Assembly: GCA_964389885.1 (NCBI GenBank)
Contig: CAYMGC010000002.1
Location: forward strand, 1-45,853
DNA from: an uncultured Erysipelotrichaceae bacterium
GTDB taxonomy: Bacteria; Bacillota_I; Bacilli_A; Erysipelotrichales; Erysipelotrichaceae
DNA: 45,853 nt
Reading direction: 5' to 3'
In this document: positions 9,092 through 18,978 of the stretch, one piece after another
Layout: every line of letters begins with the position of its first letter
Position numbering within the stretch: the first letter of the stretch is position 1
The notes under the pieces: generated by a model
The model's input: only the letters and a program-made list of their open reading frames with translations
Told to the model about the DNA's origin: nothing
Databases searched by the model: none
Position numbers and translations under genes: made by a program

Positions 9092-10846
9092 TTACTGCTT
9101 CTTTTTCTTCATGGAACCTAAAAGTCCAGCTCCCACAATAATTGTTCCCGCTCCCATGCTAATCAAAGCGGTATTGCCACCGGTTAAAGGCAATTCTTTA
9201 CCACTACGGTTGATGATGGAAACATTTACACTTCCTGTACTGACATTGCCAGCTTGATTGGCATTGTTCACATCATGAGTCGTGCCATCGTAGTATTCCT
9301 TGTAAGCATAAGAAGCACTTAAGGACTTTAAAATGGTTGCACCTTCTCCTTGTTTTTCAACATAACTATTGCGATCACTCGTATAGGTAGGGGTCAAAGT
9401 TAAGGCAATACAAGTAAGCGGTTTGTGATACCCTTCTGGGGCTTGAGTTTCCAATAAGTAGTAGGTGCCTTGATCGAGACCATAAATGGTAAAGGTTCCA
9501 TCCGATTTGCTGACAATATCCACGCCGCTGCCGCTTGGATCGAGTACAAATCCGCCATCCTTTTCTTTTACTTTGATTTCGTTTTGACAAGCTTCATCGT
9601 GGTATAAGCGAAAGTGGGCATTTTCAAGAGGTAAAGGATTTCCAGATCCATCGGTTTTTTCACTGACTTTGAGGCCATCCACTTTGAAGGTAAAACACAC
9701 TACACAATCCCAAGGCGTAAACCCCGTTTGTCCTGTTCCATCGCTATCTGGATTGTTGGAGTATTCTAAACGAACTTGGTTTTCAAAACCTGGTCGTCCA
9801 GTCGCACTCATAGCCTGTTCGTTGAGCTTGGCATTATAACGCACTACAATTTCTTGGCCATAGGTGCTATTGGTACTGTTAAATTCGCGATCCAAAATAG
9901 CTTTTATATCCGCAATCGAAATAGAAAAGGTTTCGCCCGTTTGACTATCTGGAGTAGAAAGAACTTGAAGAGTAAATTCATTGGCTTTTAGGGTATAGGT
10001 TTTGCTTGCTCCTATCGCTTGAATTTGAATGGAGTTTTTATCTAAGTCCAAAGCGCTATCCATCTTGTCGTGGAAGACAAGCTGATAGGTTTGATAGGCG
10101 CCAATCGGAGGAATCGTGGTGGCGTATTGGTAGGGAATGGTTTGGCCAATTTCGTAATCACCGATGTCATTCCATCCCTCATTGGCCAAATTTCCATCAT
10201 CTTCTTGAATTTTTTTCTCTAAGGTTGGATAAACGCCTTTAAGTTGCAAGGTTTTATTTTCTGTAACGGTAGAGACTAAGCACAAAGAAGTGGCTTGATT
10301 TTGGGCTTTTGGAGCATCACTGGCCACCACTTCATCGATTAAGTAATAGCCCTTCTCCAGATTGGCAATGGTGTATTGTCCATTGCTATCGGTAGAATCG
10401 ATGGTAATGGATGTTGGGGTAACATGACTGGCTTTCAATTGATTGCGTAATTCTTGAATAATGGTACGAAAACCACTGGTATCGGGTTCAAGACCATCGG
10501 TTAAAGAGGTAGCAAAGCTAGCAAGATAGTCTTGTGCTTGCATCGCACTGACATTGGCAGCGGCCGTCCCCATTTTGCTTCCGACAAATGTTTGTAGGGC
10601 TGCTTTGGTAGTTGCTACGAATTCATAGCGATAAGAGGTTTCCCCAGGAGCCACACTCACACTAAAGAGAGGATAGAGTTCGAATTGTCGTCCCGCTAAA
10701 CTTCCAGCACCCCCAGGCGATAAGGTGATGGAGGCAGTATCAGATAAAATCGGAGTTTGTAAAGTGGAAAAAGAGGAGGCTTGAATGGGAAGGGTAAAAC
10801 TTGGCGCAAGGAGACTAAGAGCTAAAAGACAAAGTTTTGGATTCAT
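9092..10846 (-). CDS. Backbone (major) pilin with isopeptide D2-type domain
   Basis: Signal peptide, YSNNP motif, E-box YYLLETQAPEGY, LPLTG sorting signal; start probably MNPK (SD-like AGAAATGAG, 7-nt spacing) rather than 10858. Confidence 0.88.
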   Translation of the reverse strand: MNPKLCLLALSLLAPSFTLPIQASSFSTLQTPILSDTASITLSPGGAGSLAGRQFELYPLFSVSVAPGETSYRYEFVATTKAALQTFVGSKMGTAAANVSAMQAQDYLASFATSLTDGLEPDTSGFRTIIQELRNQLKASHVTPTSITIDSTDSNGQYTIANLEKGYYLIDEVVASDAPKAQNQATSLCLVSTVTENKTLQLKGVYPTLEKKIQEDDGNLANEGWNDIGDYEIGQTIPYQYATTIPPIGAYQTYQLVFHDKMDSALDLDKNSIQIQAIGASKTYTLKANEFTLQVLSTPDSQTGETFSISIADIKAILDREFNSTNSTYGQEIVVRYNAKLNEQAMSATGRPGFENQVRLEYSNNPDSDGTGQTGFTPWDCVVCFTFKVDGLKVSEKTDGSGNPLPLENAHFRLYHDEACQNEIKVKEKDGGFVLDPSGSGVDIVSKSDGTFTIYGLDQGTYYLLETQAPEGYHKPLTCIALTLTPTYTSDRNSYVEKQGEGATILKSLSASYAYKEYYDGTTHDVNNANQAGNVSTGSVNVSIINRSGKELPLTGGNTALISMGAGTIIVGAGLLGSMKKKKQ

Positions 10847-10858
10847 ACAGGGTCTCAT

Positions 10859-10991
10859 TTCTAAAAAGAAAAGCAGTGAAAGATAGAAGAAAGATAGGAA
10901 ATAAAGATAAAAGATTAATTGAAAGATGAGATATTAAAAAGAATAGAAAGTGAAAAGAAAAATAGAAGTTAGATAAGAAAAATAGAGAAGA
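10859..10991 (-). other. 133-nt almost G-free, pyrimidine-rich intergenic tract
   Basis: Only two C on the + strand (two G in the mRNA) across the whole spacer. Confidence 0.8.
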
Positions 10992-13900
10992 TTAATGAAG
11001 CGACTTCTTTTTTAGTTTACGTGTGGTAGAAAGACCATACCAAACACTAAACGTTCCAAGAGTTAAGCAAAAAAGCGCACTTTGGCTTCCAGTGTGGGGA
11101 AGCTCGTCTTTCTCTAAAGGCGTATTGACGCTTTCAAAGGTGATAGTAACCAAATCATTTTCCTTGATCCAAGAAAAACCATTCGTTTTACTTTCACGAA
11201 TAAGATAGTTTGGTTTTCCTTTTTCTCCTGAGTAGGTCAAATTGTAGGGGCGTACGATTAAGGCGTATCCACTTTCCGTTTGCAAGGTGGAAGTAGAGGA
11301 AGTGTTCGGTTGCGCATTGATAACATACTCTGGTTTTACCCCATCCTCGTATTGGGGTAAAAGATATCCATCTGGTGCTTTGGATTCGCACAGTACATAT
11401 AATTTAGACGGTTCTAAATTTCCAAAGGTCGCGATCCCTTGAAAATCTGTTGTGGCTTGGGCTACAAGCTTTTTTTGATCGAGAGCATTGATGGTATCAA
11501 TGGTGTACAAATCAAACACCGCTTGACTTAAAGGAACTCCACTAGGATCAGTCTTATAAATTTTTAAACCATAACAGTCTCCAAGATCTTGAATGGTCAA
11601 CGTGTGATTGGCATAGGTAACATAGGCATTTTCACTGGGACAATTGGCCGTAATGGAGGAACCCGTCACCGTAAAAACGGCTTTGGTGGTATTGATGTGA
11701 TAGCCTTGAGGCGCTTTGGATTCCCAAATGGTCCACGTACCATTTTGATCAAAGGTAACCTCTCCTTTTCCAGAAGAGTCTAAAGCGATGACTTGGATAT
11801 GGCCTTTTGGATCTTGAACGGAAAACTCTGCTCCTGGTAAACCAGTCGCGTTGGCGCTGGTTTTGGCTAAGCGAATTTTGGCCTTTCGATTTTCGATGGT
11901 TGGTGCTTTATAAACCTGAAAATTGGTCTGGGTCGTATTGGTTGCCGTGGGCTTTAAGCCAATCGCATACACTTTATCATTGATTGCATACCCACTTGGC
12001 GCTTGAATTTCTTGTAAAGTGACCACACCAATGGGAAAGACCGCTAAAGAAGGATTGTCCACAGGTCGAGGGAAGTCATAGTCCGCTTGATAAATATGAG
12101 CTAGATCGGCTTTGACTTCCCCATTGGCATCCGATTTCAATTTCCAAGAAGCGATCGGAGTAGCGTTTTGATAGGCTGAGGGTGTACTTGGATCAATGGC
12201 ATAATAGCGCAGTTCAAAAATTGCATTGGCTAAGGGTTGATTGGTAGACCCATCAATCTTTTTGGCCAAAAGATTTACCGAACAGTATTGAGGAGAGTCG
12301 TAAACTAAAATTCGTACGGGCGATTGAGCGGTGGAATTTTCCGTAACTTCGATAGGATAGGCGGTTGGATCAAGCGCAAAGCCTTTAGGGGCTTGCGTTT
12401 CCTTGGCCCAATACGTTCCAGCACTGTCTACCTCCAATACTTCGCTGCTTAAATCCTTGCCAATGGTTAAAGTCGTTATTTTTTGTCCAGAAGCATAGCT
12501 TGATCCCTTGCGAATTTCATACTTTGCTCCGACTAAGGAGTAGTTTTGTTGACCCGTATTGGAAAGAATATCATCGCGGGTCGTTTTTAAAAGTTGTAAA
12601 GCGGGTTTTAAGGCAATCGGTGGGGTGTCTTGAGGTGGCGTTTCAGGCGTTGGCTCTTCGTAGCGTCCAAAGGCTAAAGGTTGAAAAGTCGTAGTTTGAT
12701 TGAGATGGTTTAAGCCCGTTCCAGGAAAATTGGCCACATAGGCCTTGTAATTTTGAGGGTCGGGCAAGCTTTGAATGCGATCCCAAATGGCTTTTAAACC
12801 GGTACGCCACATTTTTCCATTGAGTTCACCTTGAGAAATGCAAGTGTTGCTAAAGGCGAGACTGACTAAATCATTGGTGATGATAATTTGTTGTTCAGTA
12901 GACCAATCCCCTAAAGCATTGCCAGGACCGGCAAAGCCATAATAGAGCGCTTTACGCAAAGCTGCATCATCCACTAAATCAATAGAGGAAGCCACCGCAT
13001 TGCGTTTGGGGGGCGCATTTAAATAGGAAGCACAAAAGGCATGTTGGTTGTTGGATAAGATCCAGATGTAATTGCTGATGTAATTTCCAAAGATGGAGAT
13101 GTTTTGATACAACATCGAGGAAACCACCGATACCGATTCATTTATCGTGGATCGTGCAGCTGCTCGCGCTTGACGTTTTGGCGTGGAGCTTGGTTGCATG
13201 GCTGATTTTTGTAAAAGAATGGCTTCGGGAGTACGAAGTAAAAATGTTTCGTTGAATAAATTTTCCGGTAAGTAGGCTTCCTGATCAATTTGATCCAAAA
13301 CCCCTAAGCAATAAGCCAAAGCGGTACGAAAGTAAATCCAGTTGGCTTCATAACCCAGTTGGCAATCACTTTGGATTTGTTCAAGACTCGTGTGAAAGAA
13401 ATCAAATAGCTCATCTACCCGCATGAAAGGAAGACGTTTAACAAGAATTTTTAGATCACTAGAGGAATAGCCAAAATATTGCCCTTCCTCCAAAGGAATT
13501 TCCTCTTCCTCCTTGGGCTTTTCATCCTCTTTTTCTAAAGGTGCTTGAAGGATGGAATCAATCGGTTCATCTTGATTCGCATCTTGATCCAATGATTCTA
13601 TGGGTTGATCTAGGTTTTCAGAAAAATCCAAAGACGGCTTTTCTTCAAAGGAATCCGTTCCAAGAAGTAAGTCATCTTTTCCTTCTGCCTCTAACTCGTC
13701 TTGTTTCAAACTGGGTTCTAAAATATCCTGTTGATCGAGATGGTCGTCATTTTCTAGATCGGGTTCTTTGGAAATCAAAGTCTCTAGGGGCTCTTCGTCC
13801 TCATTTTCAATGGGATTTTCGCTTGTTGTCTCTTCTTTCCCCATGTTGAAAGAGTCTTGAGATAAGGGAAAGGAAAGAGACGTAAGAGATGAACGAAGAG

Positions 13901-14297
13901 AAGAAGACGCAGAGATTGGAAGAGGAGTGAGAGTACTTTCTGGTTTGACTTGGTTTTTAAAGGTGGCTTCAATGCAAAGATTTTCTTGTAAAACCAAATT
14001 TTGGCTCCAAGTCGTTTGATTTAAAGTCAAGGGAATCGATTGGTGATTCATTTCAATGGTTTGAATTTCACTTGTAGTTATCGCTTCAACTTGAATAGGA
14101 GAATTGTACGGCAAGGACAATTGAAGCACTTCGTCTTGATAAGTGGTATACACCTCTTTTCCATAATGAAGTCGCAAGTGGCCAGGTCCATGAGCCTGCA
14201 ACGCAATTTGAGGCGTAGGCGGCTCTAAGGCTTGAACAATTGGACTGGAAAGGACACTGAGTAGACACAGTCCCCATTTAAAAAATGTTTGAAGCAT
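10992..14297 (-). CDS. Large pilus tip adhesin with repeated SpaA/Cna-B domains
   Basis: Start moved to MLQTFF (SD AGAAAGGA); signal peptide, acidic linker, four E-x-x-AP-x-G-[YF] boxes, LPHTG + TM + basic tail. Confidence 0.88.
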   Translation of the reverse strand: MLQTFFKWGLCLLSVLSSPIVQALEPPTPQIALQAHGPGHLRLHYGKEVYTTYQDEVLQLSLPYNSPIQVEAITTSEIQTIEMNHQSIPLTLNQTTWSQNLVLQENLCIEATFKNQVKPESTLTPLPISASSSLRSSLTSLSFPLSQDSFNMGKEETTSENPIENEDEEPLETLISKEPDLENDDHLDQQDILEPSLKQDELEAEGKDDLLLGTDSFEEKPSLDFSENLDQPIESLDQDANQDEPIDSILQAPLEKEDEKPKEEEEIPLEEGQYFGYSSSDLKILVKRLPFMRVDELFDFFHTSLEQIQSDCQLGYEANWIYFRTALAYCLGVLDQIDQEAYLPENLFNETFLLRTPEAILLQKSAMQPSSTPKRQARAAARSTINESVSVVSSMLYQNISIFGNYISNYIWILSNNQHAFCASYLNAPPKRNAVASSIDLVDDAALRKALYYGFAGPGNALGDWSTEQQIIITNDLVSLAFSNTCISQGELNGKMWRTGLKAIWDRIQSLPDPQNYKAYVANFPGTGLNHLNQTTTFQPLAFGRYEEPTPETPPQDTPPIALKPALQLLKTTRDDILSNTGQQNYSLVGAKYEIRKGSSYASGQKITTLTIGKDLSSEVLEVDSAGTYWAKETQAPKGFALDPTAYPIEVTENSTAQSPVRILVYDSPQYCSVNLLAKKIDGSTNQPLANAIFELRYYAIDPSTPSAYQNATPIASWKLKSDANGEVKADLAHIYQADYDFPRPVDNPSLAVFPIGVVTLQEIQAPSGYAINDKVYAIGLKPTATNTTQTNFQVYKAPTIENRKAKIRLAKTSANATGLPGAEFSVQDPKGHIQVIALDSSGKGEVTFDQNGTWTIWESKAPQGYHINTTKAVFTVTGSSITANCPSENAYVTYANHTLTIQDLGDCYGLKIYKTDPSGVPLSQAVFDLYTIDTINALDQKKLVAQATTDFQGIATFGNLEPSKLYVLCESKAPDGYLLPQYEDGVKPEYVINAQPNTSSTSTLQTESGYALIVRPYNLTYSGEKGKPNYLIRESKTNGFSWIKENDLVTITFESVNTPLEKDELPHTGSQSALFCLTLGTFSVWYGLSTTRKLKKKSLH

Positions 14298-14474
14298 TGA
14301 TCGTTTCCTTTCTACAGATGGTTCTAGAAGCCATCCTTCAAACACTAAAAAAGGGATCCCTAGCTACTGTACGCTAAGACAATTGGTGGGGTAAAGAGCT
14401 TTTTAACCTTTTAGATATGTTTTAAATACGCTAAAAAATGGAATTTTCATCCTTTCGTCTTTCCTTTCTCAACC

Positions 14475-14504
14475 AAAAAGAAAAGACGATGCCATCGCAT
14501 CGTC
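14475..14504 (-). terminator. Intrinsic terminator after the K/S/T-rich gene
   Basis: GACGATGC-GATG-GCATCGTC then TTTTCTTTTT on the - strand. Confidence 0.8.
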
Positions 14505-14519
14505 ATCAAAACGGAAACC

Positions 14520-15275
14520 TTATTTAAGCCAACCATCAATTAAACTGGATACCAAATTTCCCGCCAAATCTTCCACTTGTTGACTCATCTCTGGGGCTTT
14601 ATTTCCTAGTAAAGAGCGAGTAAGAGCCTTCGCACCTTGGCGACCGATGGTTTTCACGGTATCTTCGAAGCTAGATGAAGAGGGATTTTGGTGACTTTTC
14701 GCTGAAGTCTTCGTGCTTGAGGTGGGTGAAGTTTTCGCCTTACTTTGGCTGGTTTTAGAACTCGTTTTAACACTCGATTTTTGAGGAGTAGAAGATGTAG
14801 TGTTTGGATCGGACAGCTTTTTATCGGGCCGAATGACTTGACCCACGGGTTGGGAAGAAAAGGCACCGACAAATTGCCCCGCCCCAGTCGAATTTTCTTT
14901 GGCTTTTTGAGCAGCTTTGGTGGGTTCTACGGTAATTTTAGAAGAACTTTTTTCGGAGGCGTCCAAAGCTTTTGATTTAGCTGTTTTTTCTTGTTTAGAA
15001 GCCGAAGCTGTTGAAGTCTTAGAAGCGACTTTTGTAGTTTTTTTGGACTCTTTTGATGTCGAACTTTTGGAAGCTCCACTCGAAGTGGTTTTCGTGGTTT
15101 CCTTGCTTTGGTTGGAATTGTTAGAACTCTTAGAAGCTTGGTTAGAAGTCTTCGTGGTTTTGGATGTCTTTTGTTCCAAGCTTTTTTCTGATTGTTTGGT
15201 TTCTTGCGAGGAAGTTGATTTTGAGCGAGTTTCTTTGGAACTCGAGGTGGTTTGGGTGGTCTTTTTGGTGGTCAT
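14520..15275 (-). CDS. Lys/Ser/Thr-rich, largely disordered basic protein (histone H1-like composition)
   Basis: ORF with SD AGAAAG, 10 nt after the panE-like stop, terminator downstream. Confidence 0.75.
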   Translation of the reverse strand: MTTKKTTQTTSSSKETRSKSTSSQETKQSEKSLEQKTSKTTKTSNQASKSSNNSNQSKETTKTTSSGASKSSTSKESKKTTKVASKTSTASASKQEKTAKSKALDASEKSSSKITVEPTKAAQKAKENSTGAGQFVGAFSSQPVGQVIRPDKKLSDPNTTSSTPQKSSVKTSSKTSQSKAKTSPTSSTKTSAKSHQNPSSSSFEDTVKTIGRQGAKALTRSLLGNKAPEMSQQVEDLAGNLVSSLIDGWLK

Positions 15276-15285
15276 GGCAGTCTTT

Positions 15286-16227
15286 CTAATCCAAAGATTT
15301 TTGAGACAGTCTTTGAAAGAGATCTTCTAAAACAGGCGTTTGGAGGTGAGCTTGTTTGGCTAAAGGCAAAATGGTACCGGAAAACAAATCGAGTTCGATA
15401 GGACGATGGGCTTTGATGTCTTGGGCCATGCTTGGCATGGAGTTGGGATCAAAGGTTGTAATTTTATAGGCCCAATTTTCTAAGGAAGCCTGTCCGGGAT
15501 CTTCAAGAGTAGCGGCTAAGACTTCTCTAGCTTCTTCCATCGCTTGAATAAATAGGCCATGAAGCTTAGGGTCTTGCGCTACTTGTCCATAAGTAGCCTC
15601 ATAAGCCGCACACACTTGATTAATCCCACAGTTAAACATTAGCTTACGCGCTTGATCCAAAAGAATTTGAGAAGAAAAAATGTAGGGAATGTGGCAGGAC
15701 AAAAAGAGTTCCTCTACAGCTTTGGCATAAGGCTCTTGTAATGGAGTAGCTGGACCAAAGACAATTTCTCCAGGAGTCGTAAAGTGAAGGGTTTGTGCTT
15801 GGGAGTCGTAACAGGAATCCATGTTTTGAGCGATCGCATGGACAATGGGATTGGTAGGAAACCGTTTTTGTAAGCGATTTTCACTCTCCATGCCATTGAT
15901 GCCACTCATCAAAATCGTGTGTTCGCCTAAAAAGAAAGCCGCTTCCTCCATGGCTTCATCTAAGTTGTACGATTTGCAGGCAAAGAAAATAAGATCCGCT
16001 TGGTTTTCAGGATGGGCCTCTTCTGTGGTGAGATAGCGATACATTTTTGGTTCTCCATTCACTTGAATGGGTTGCTTTAAGTAGCGCTCTTTGCGAGTCT
16101 TGTCGACTAAAAAGGCAAAGTGATTAGTGGGCAAATACGTCGCAAACAAATCGCCGATGGTCGTTCCGACGGCTCCTCGTCCGCAAACATAGACCGTTTT
16201 TAACGGCCCAAAAGTGGATTTTTCCAT
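15286..16227 (-). CDS. panE: Ketopantoate reductase family protein
   Basis: GRGAVG Rossmann motif, CKSY, NG, KLMFNCGIN, SMAQDI, ELD. Confidence 0.85.
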   Translation of the reverse strand: MEKSTFGPLKTVYVCGRGAVGTTIGDLFATYLPTNHFAFLVDKTRKERYLKQPIQVNGEPKMYRYLTTEEAHPENQADLIFFACKSYNLDEAMEEAAFFLGEHTILMSGINGMESENRLQKRFPTNPIVHAIAQNMDSCYDSQAQTLHFTTPGEIVFGPATPLQEPYAKAVEELFLSCHIPYIFSSQILLDQARKLMFNCGINQVCAAYEATYGQVAQDPKLHGLFIQAMEEAREVLAATLEDPGQASLENWAYKITTFDPNSMPSMAQDIKAHRPIELDLFSGTILPLAKQAHLQTPVLEDLFQRLSQKSLD

Positions 16228-16230
16228 CTT

Positions 16231-16998
16231 TTATACTTCCTTTTTCTTAGCTTGTTCTTTTTTTAAGGCTTGATAGGCGACAAGCTTATCCTTTTGACAA
16301 AACGCTTGAAAAGGACATTGTTCACATTTTGGTTTTTTAGCGGTACAAAAATACCGACCAAAAAAAATGAGATCATGATGGCCTTGGTTCCAGCGCGATT
16401 GATCCACTTGGTCTTTAAGGGCTTCTTCTACTTGTCCGACGCTGTCTTCTACCTTGGCTAGACCTAAGCGTTTGGATACTCGTTCGACATGGGTATCCAC
16501 CGCAAAGGAAGGAATATCAAAGGCTACCGAACGAACGACATTGGCAGTTTTCCGTCCCACACCAGGCAAAGATTGCAATGCTTTTAAATCATAAGGAACT
16601 TGATCATGAAAATCTTCTACGAGCGCTTTGGACAAAGCGATGATGTGTTTGGCCTTGTTGCGATATAGACCAATGCTCTTTATAGTCTCTTCAACGTCGG
16701 CTAAATTGGCATTCATTAAGGCTTTGGCATCGGGCCAGCGCGAAAACAAGGCGGGAGTCACTTTATTGACGGATACATCCGTGGTTTGAGCCGAAAGAAC
16801 GACCGCCACTAAAAGCTCAAACGTATTGCGATGATTGAGTTCACACTGGGCTTGAGGAAAGATCGCTTCCACTGTATCCAAAATGACATTGGCTGAAGGT
16901 TTTTGGGAAAAAACAGGCAAAGTGGCTGCTCGATATTCGGCTTCTAAGGCCAAATCTTGACTTTTATCTTGGGCCATTAAATTGGATTCTTGTTTCAT
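16231..16998 (-). CDS. nth: Endonuclease III
   Basis: LSAQTTD, HhH LPGVGRKTANVV, VDTHV, C-x6-C-x2-C-x5-C; start placed at the ATGA overlap with dnaD. Confidence 0.95.
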   Translation of the reverse strand: MKQESNLMAQDKSQDLALEAEYRAATLPVFSQKPSANVILDTVEAIFPQAQCELNHRNTFELLVAVVLSAQTTDVSVNKVTPALFSRWPDAKALMNANLADVEETIKSIGLYRNKAKHIIALSKALVEDFHDQVPYDLKALQSLPGVGRKTANVVRSVAFDIPSFAVDTHVERVSKRLGLAKVEDSVGQVEEALKDQVDQSRWNQGHHDLIFFGRYFCTAKKPKCEQCPFQAFCQKDKLVAYQALKKEQAKKKEV

Positions 16999-17543
16999 CG
17001 CAAACCACTTTCTATGTCTTGGGCACTCAGCCCTCTTTGTTTCCAACTTTGTAATAAGGATTCAATATAATTGAGCGATCGACGATCATAGGCGGCAGCT
17101 TCATCAAGGGCTCGTAAGATAACGGATTCTTCAAATTCCTCTTGCCAACGCAAAATGCGCTCCATTTCGCCTCCAGAAAGAGGTCGGCCAAATTCATTGC
17201 CAATTTCGCGCAAAAGGCCTTGTTGAATGGGATTGCCAAGCGATTCGTGATTGGCATTATAGAGTCCATCCAATAAAAACTGCATCCCACTGCGTTGAAT
17301 ACGCACATGAAGATATCCTTTTTCGCTCAGTGAATCAATGGCTTGCTCTACCTCTTCCAAATCCAAACCACTCTTAGCTGAGATATCTTGCGCACTAATG
17401 GTGGTAGTGGGATTGGTTTCATTAAAGTAATTGATCAATAGCACCACGAGTACTTCCGCGGAGTTCAAATGAAAGGTTTCCAAATGAGCAAAAATCCAAT
17501 TGGTGCGATTGAGCCAAGGGGCATTCCAATCATCATGTGGCAT
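16995..17543 (-). CDS. dnaD: DnaD domain protein
   Basis: N-terminal winged helix, EFGRPLS..E, YIESLLQSW; dnaD-nth synteny. Confidence 0.88.
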   Translation of the reverse strand: MPHDDWNAPWLNRTNWIFAHLETFHLNSAEVLVVLLINYFNETNPTTTISAQDISAKSGLDLEEVEQAIDSLSEKGYLHVRIQRSGMQFLLDGLYNANHESLGNPIQQGLLREIGNEFGRPLSGGEMERILRWQEEFEESVILRALDEAAAYDRRSLNYIESLLQSWKQRGLSAQDIESGLR

Positions 17544-18042
17544 AATTTAAATTCCTTTCATACACCCAATCGAGCGTATCATAATCCAACATTAACAATT
17601 TGACATCGTTTTCCAGTTGATACACCGGACCACTGTAGCCATAGGCCAAAAACACAACACGAACGTCCATACCATAATCATTTTTGGCGATTTCTCTTGC
17701 TTCATTATAGTCTAAGGTATCGAGGTCTCGAGTGGTAATGAGATTTCCGGTCGCATCAAACCAGTACAACAACTCATGGGTATATCCTTGCCAGGTTACA
17801 TAATCAAAGGCCGTTTGTTGAAGACCTTGAATCGCAGGCACTTGGGCTTGAATGGTCTCTTTGACTTGAGCAATTTGCAGGTCGTGTAAACGGGCGGGAC
17901 CACTAATAAAGAGGGCCCATAAACAACAAATGATCAATCCAAGTAAAACCCAAAGACTTAAAGTCAAGGGCCAGCCATAGGTTTGACTTTTTTTGACGTT
18001 TTGCTTGGAAGTTGGTGATCGATCTTTAGATGAAAAAAACAT
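17533..18042 (-). CDS. Membrane-anchored protein, YpmB-like by position
   Basis: One N-terminal TM helix; lies upstream of dnaD-nth as ypmB does in Bacilli (inference). Confidence 0.55.
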   Translation of the reverse strand: MFFSSKDRSPTSKQNVKKSQTYGWPLTLSLWVLLGLIICCLWALFISGPARLHDLQIAQVKETIQAQVPAIQGLQQTAFDYVTWQGYTHELLYWFDATGNLITTRDLDTLDYNEAREIAKNDYGMDVRVVFLAYGYSGPVYQLENDVKLLMLDYDTLDWVYERNLNYAT

Positions 18043-18262
18043 GAATGCTTATCCTCTTTCCATATGCCTTTTTAAATAAAAGGTTGAAAGAAACCAGACC
18101 AAATTTCCCCTTAAGTCTTTGGTTTCTTTTAAAAGGTCATAAAAGTAGATTTTATTATACAAGTGATTTTTCACCATGGATCTTCCTATTTTGAACGTAA
18201 GAAAACCTTTAGAAATCCTAAAAATAAAAAAACTAGACCTAAGGCGATCTAGTTTGAAGCGC

Positions 18263-18940
18263 TTAAAATTCTTGACAAAATACCTTTAAAAATGCTGCTA
18301 CTTTTTGGGCTGATTCTTGAGCAAATTGGGCATATTCCATCGGGTTGTCTTCGTGGACGACCACATCACTTAACGTTCGCAAGACAAGACAGGGAATGGA
18401 AAACGCTTTGGCTGTTTGAGCGACAGCACCACCTTCCATTTCCGAACAGGCCGCATTTGGAAAATGGTTTAAAAGCCACGTATAGTCCTCTTGAGCGGCC
18501 ATAAATAAATCTTGGGTCGCAATCGTTCCCACCATCCAATTTAATTCCGTTTTTTGTGCGGCCTCTTGGGCTTTTTGGATAAGGGTAGGATCGGCGTGAA
18601 AATACAAGCCCAGCCCTTCTGGGCCATCAAATTGGGTGGTATCAAAATCAGCTTGAATAATGGTATCCGAGATGACCAAATCCCCCACTTGTTGTTGCGG
18701 TTTTAACCCACCAGCTACTCCCACGGAGAGTAGACAAGAAGGTTGATACAACTGGCACATCAAAGTGGCGGCAATGGCGGCAGCAACTTTTCCCACCCCA
18801 GATAAGGCGACGACGAGTTCTTGTTTGCCTAAATGGCCATGACGAAATTCTACATGAGCTACGCTACGGGTTGAAATTTTGCTCAGCGCTGCACTGATGG
18901 CCGTCATTTCTTGAGGTGTGGCGACAATGAGTCCAATCAT
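18263..18940 (-). CDS. mtnN: 5'-methylthioadenosine/S-adenosylhomocysteine nucleosidase
   Basis: SGVGKVAAA, GVAGG, EMEGGAVAQ, RTLSD; start MIGLIV with SD AGAAAGGA. Confidence 0.93.
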   Translation of the reverse strand: MIGLIVATPQEMTAISAALSKISTRSVAHVEFRHGHLGKQELVVALSGVGKVAAAIAATLMCQLYQPSCLLSVGVAGGLKPQQQVGDLVISDTIIQADFDTTQFDGPEGLGLYFHADPTLIQKAQEAAQKTELNWMVGTIATQDLFMAAQEDYTWLLNHFPNAACSEMEGGAVAQTAKAFSIPCLVLRTLSDVVVHEDNPMEYAQFAQESAQKVAAFLKVFCQEF

Positions 18941-18978
18941 AAATGTTTCTTCCTTTCTTGACTCGTTTTCAATTCTTA

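Noticed and set aside
14455-14504. Long hairpin overlapping the terminator upstream of the pilus operon, as an antiterminator
   Set aside because: Its second arm lies downstream of the U tract, so it would not be transcribed in time to compete.
14917-15330. 137-aa Val/Leu/Glu-rich ORF on +
   Set aside because: Antisense shadow of the low-complexity K/S/T gene; no SD or operon context.
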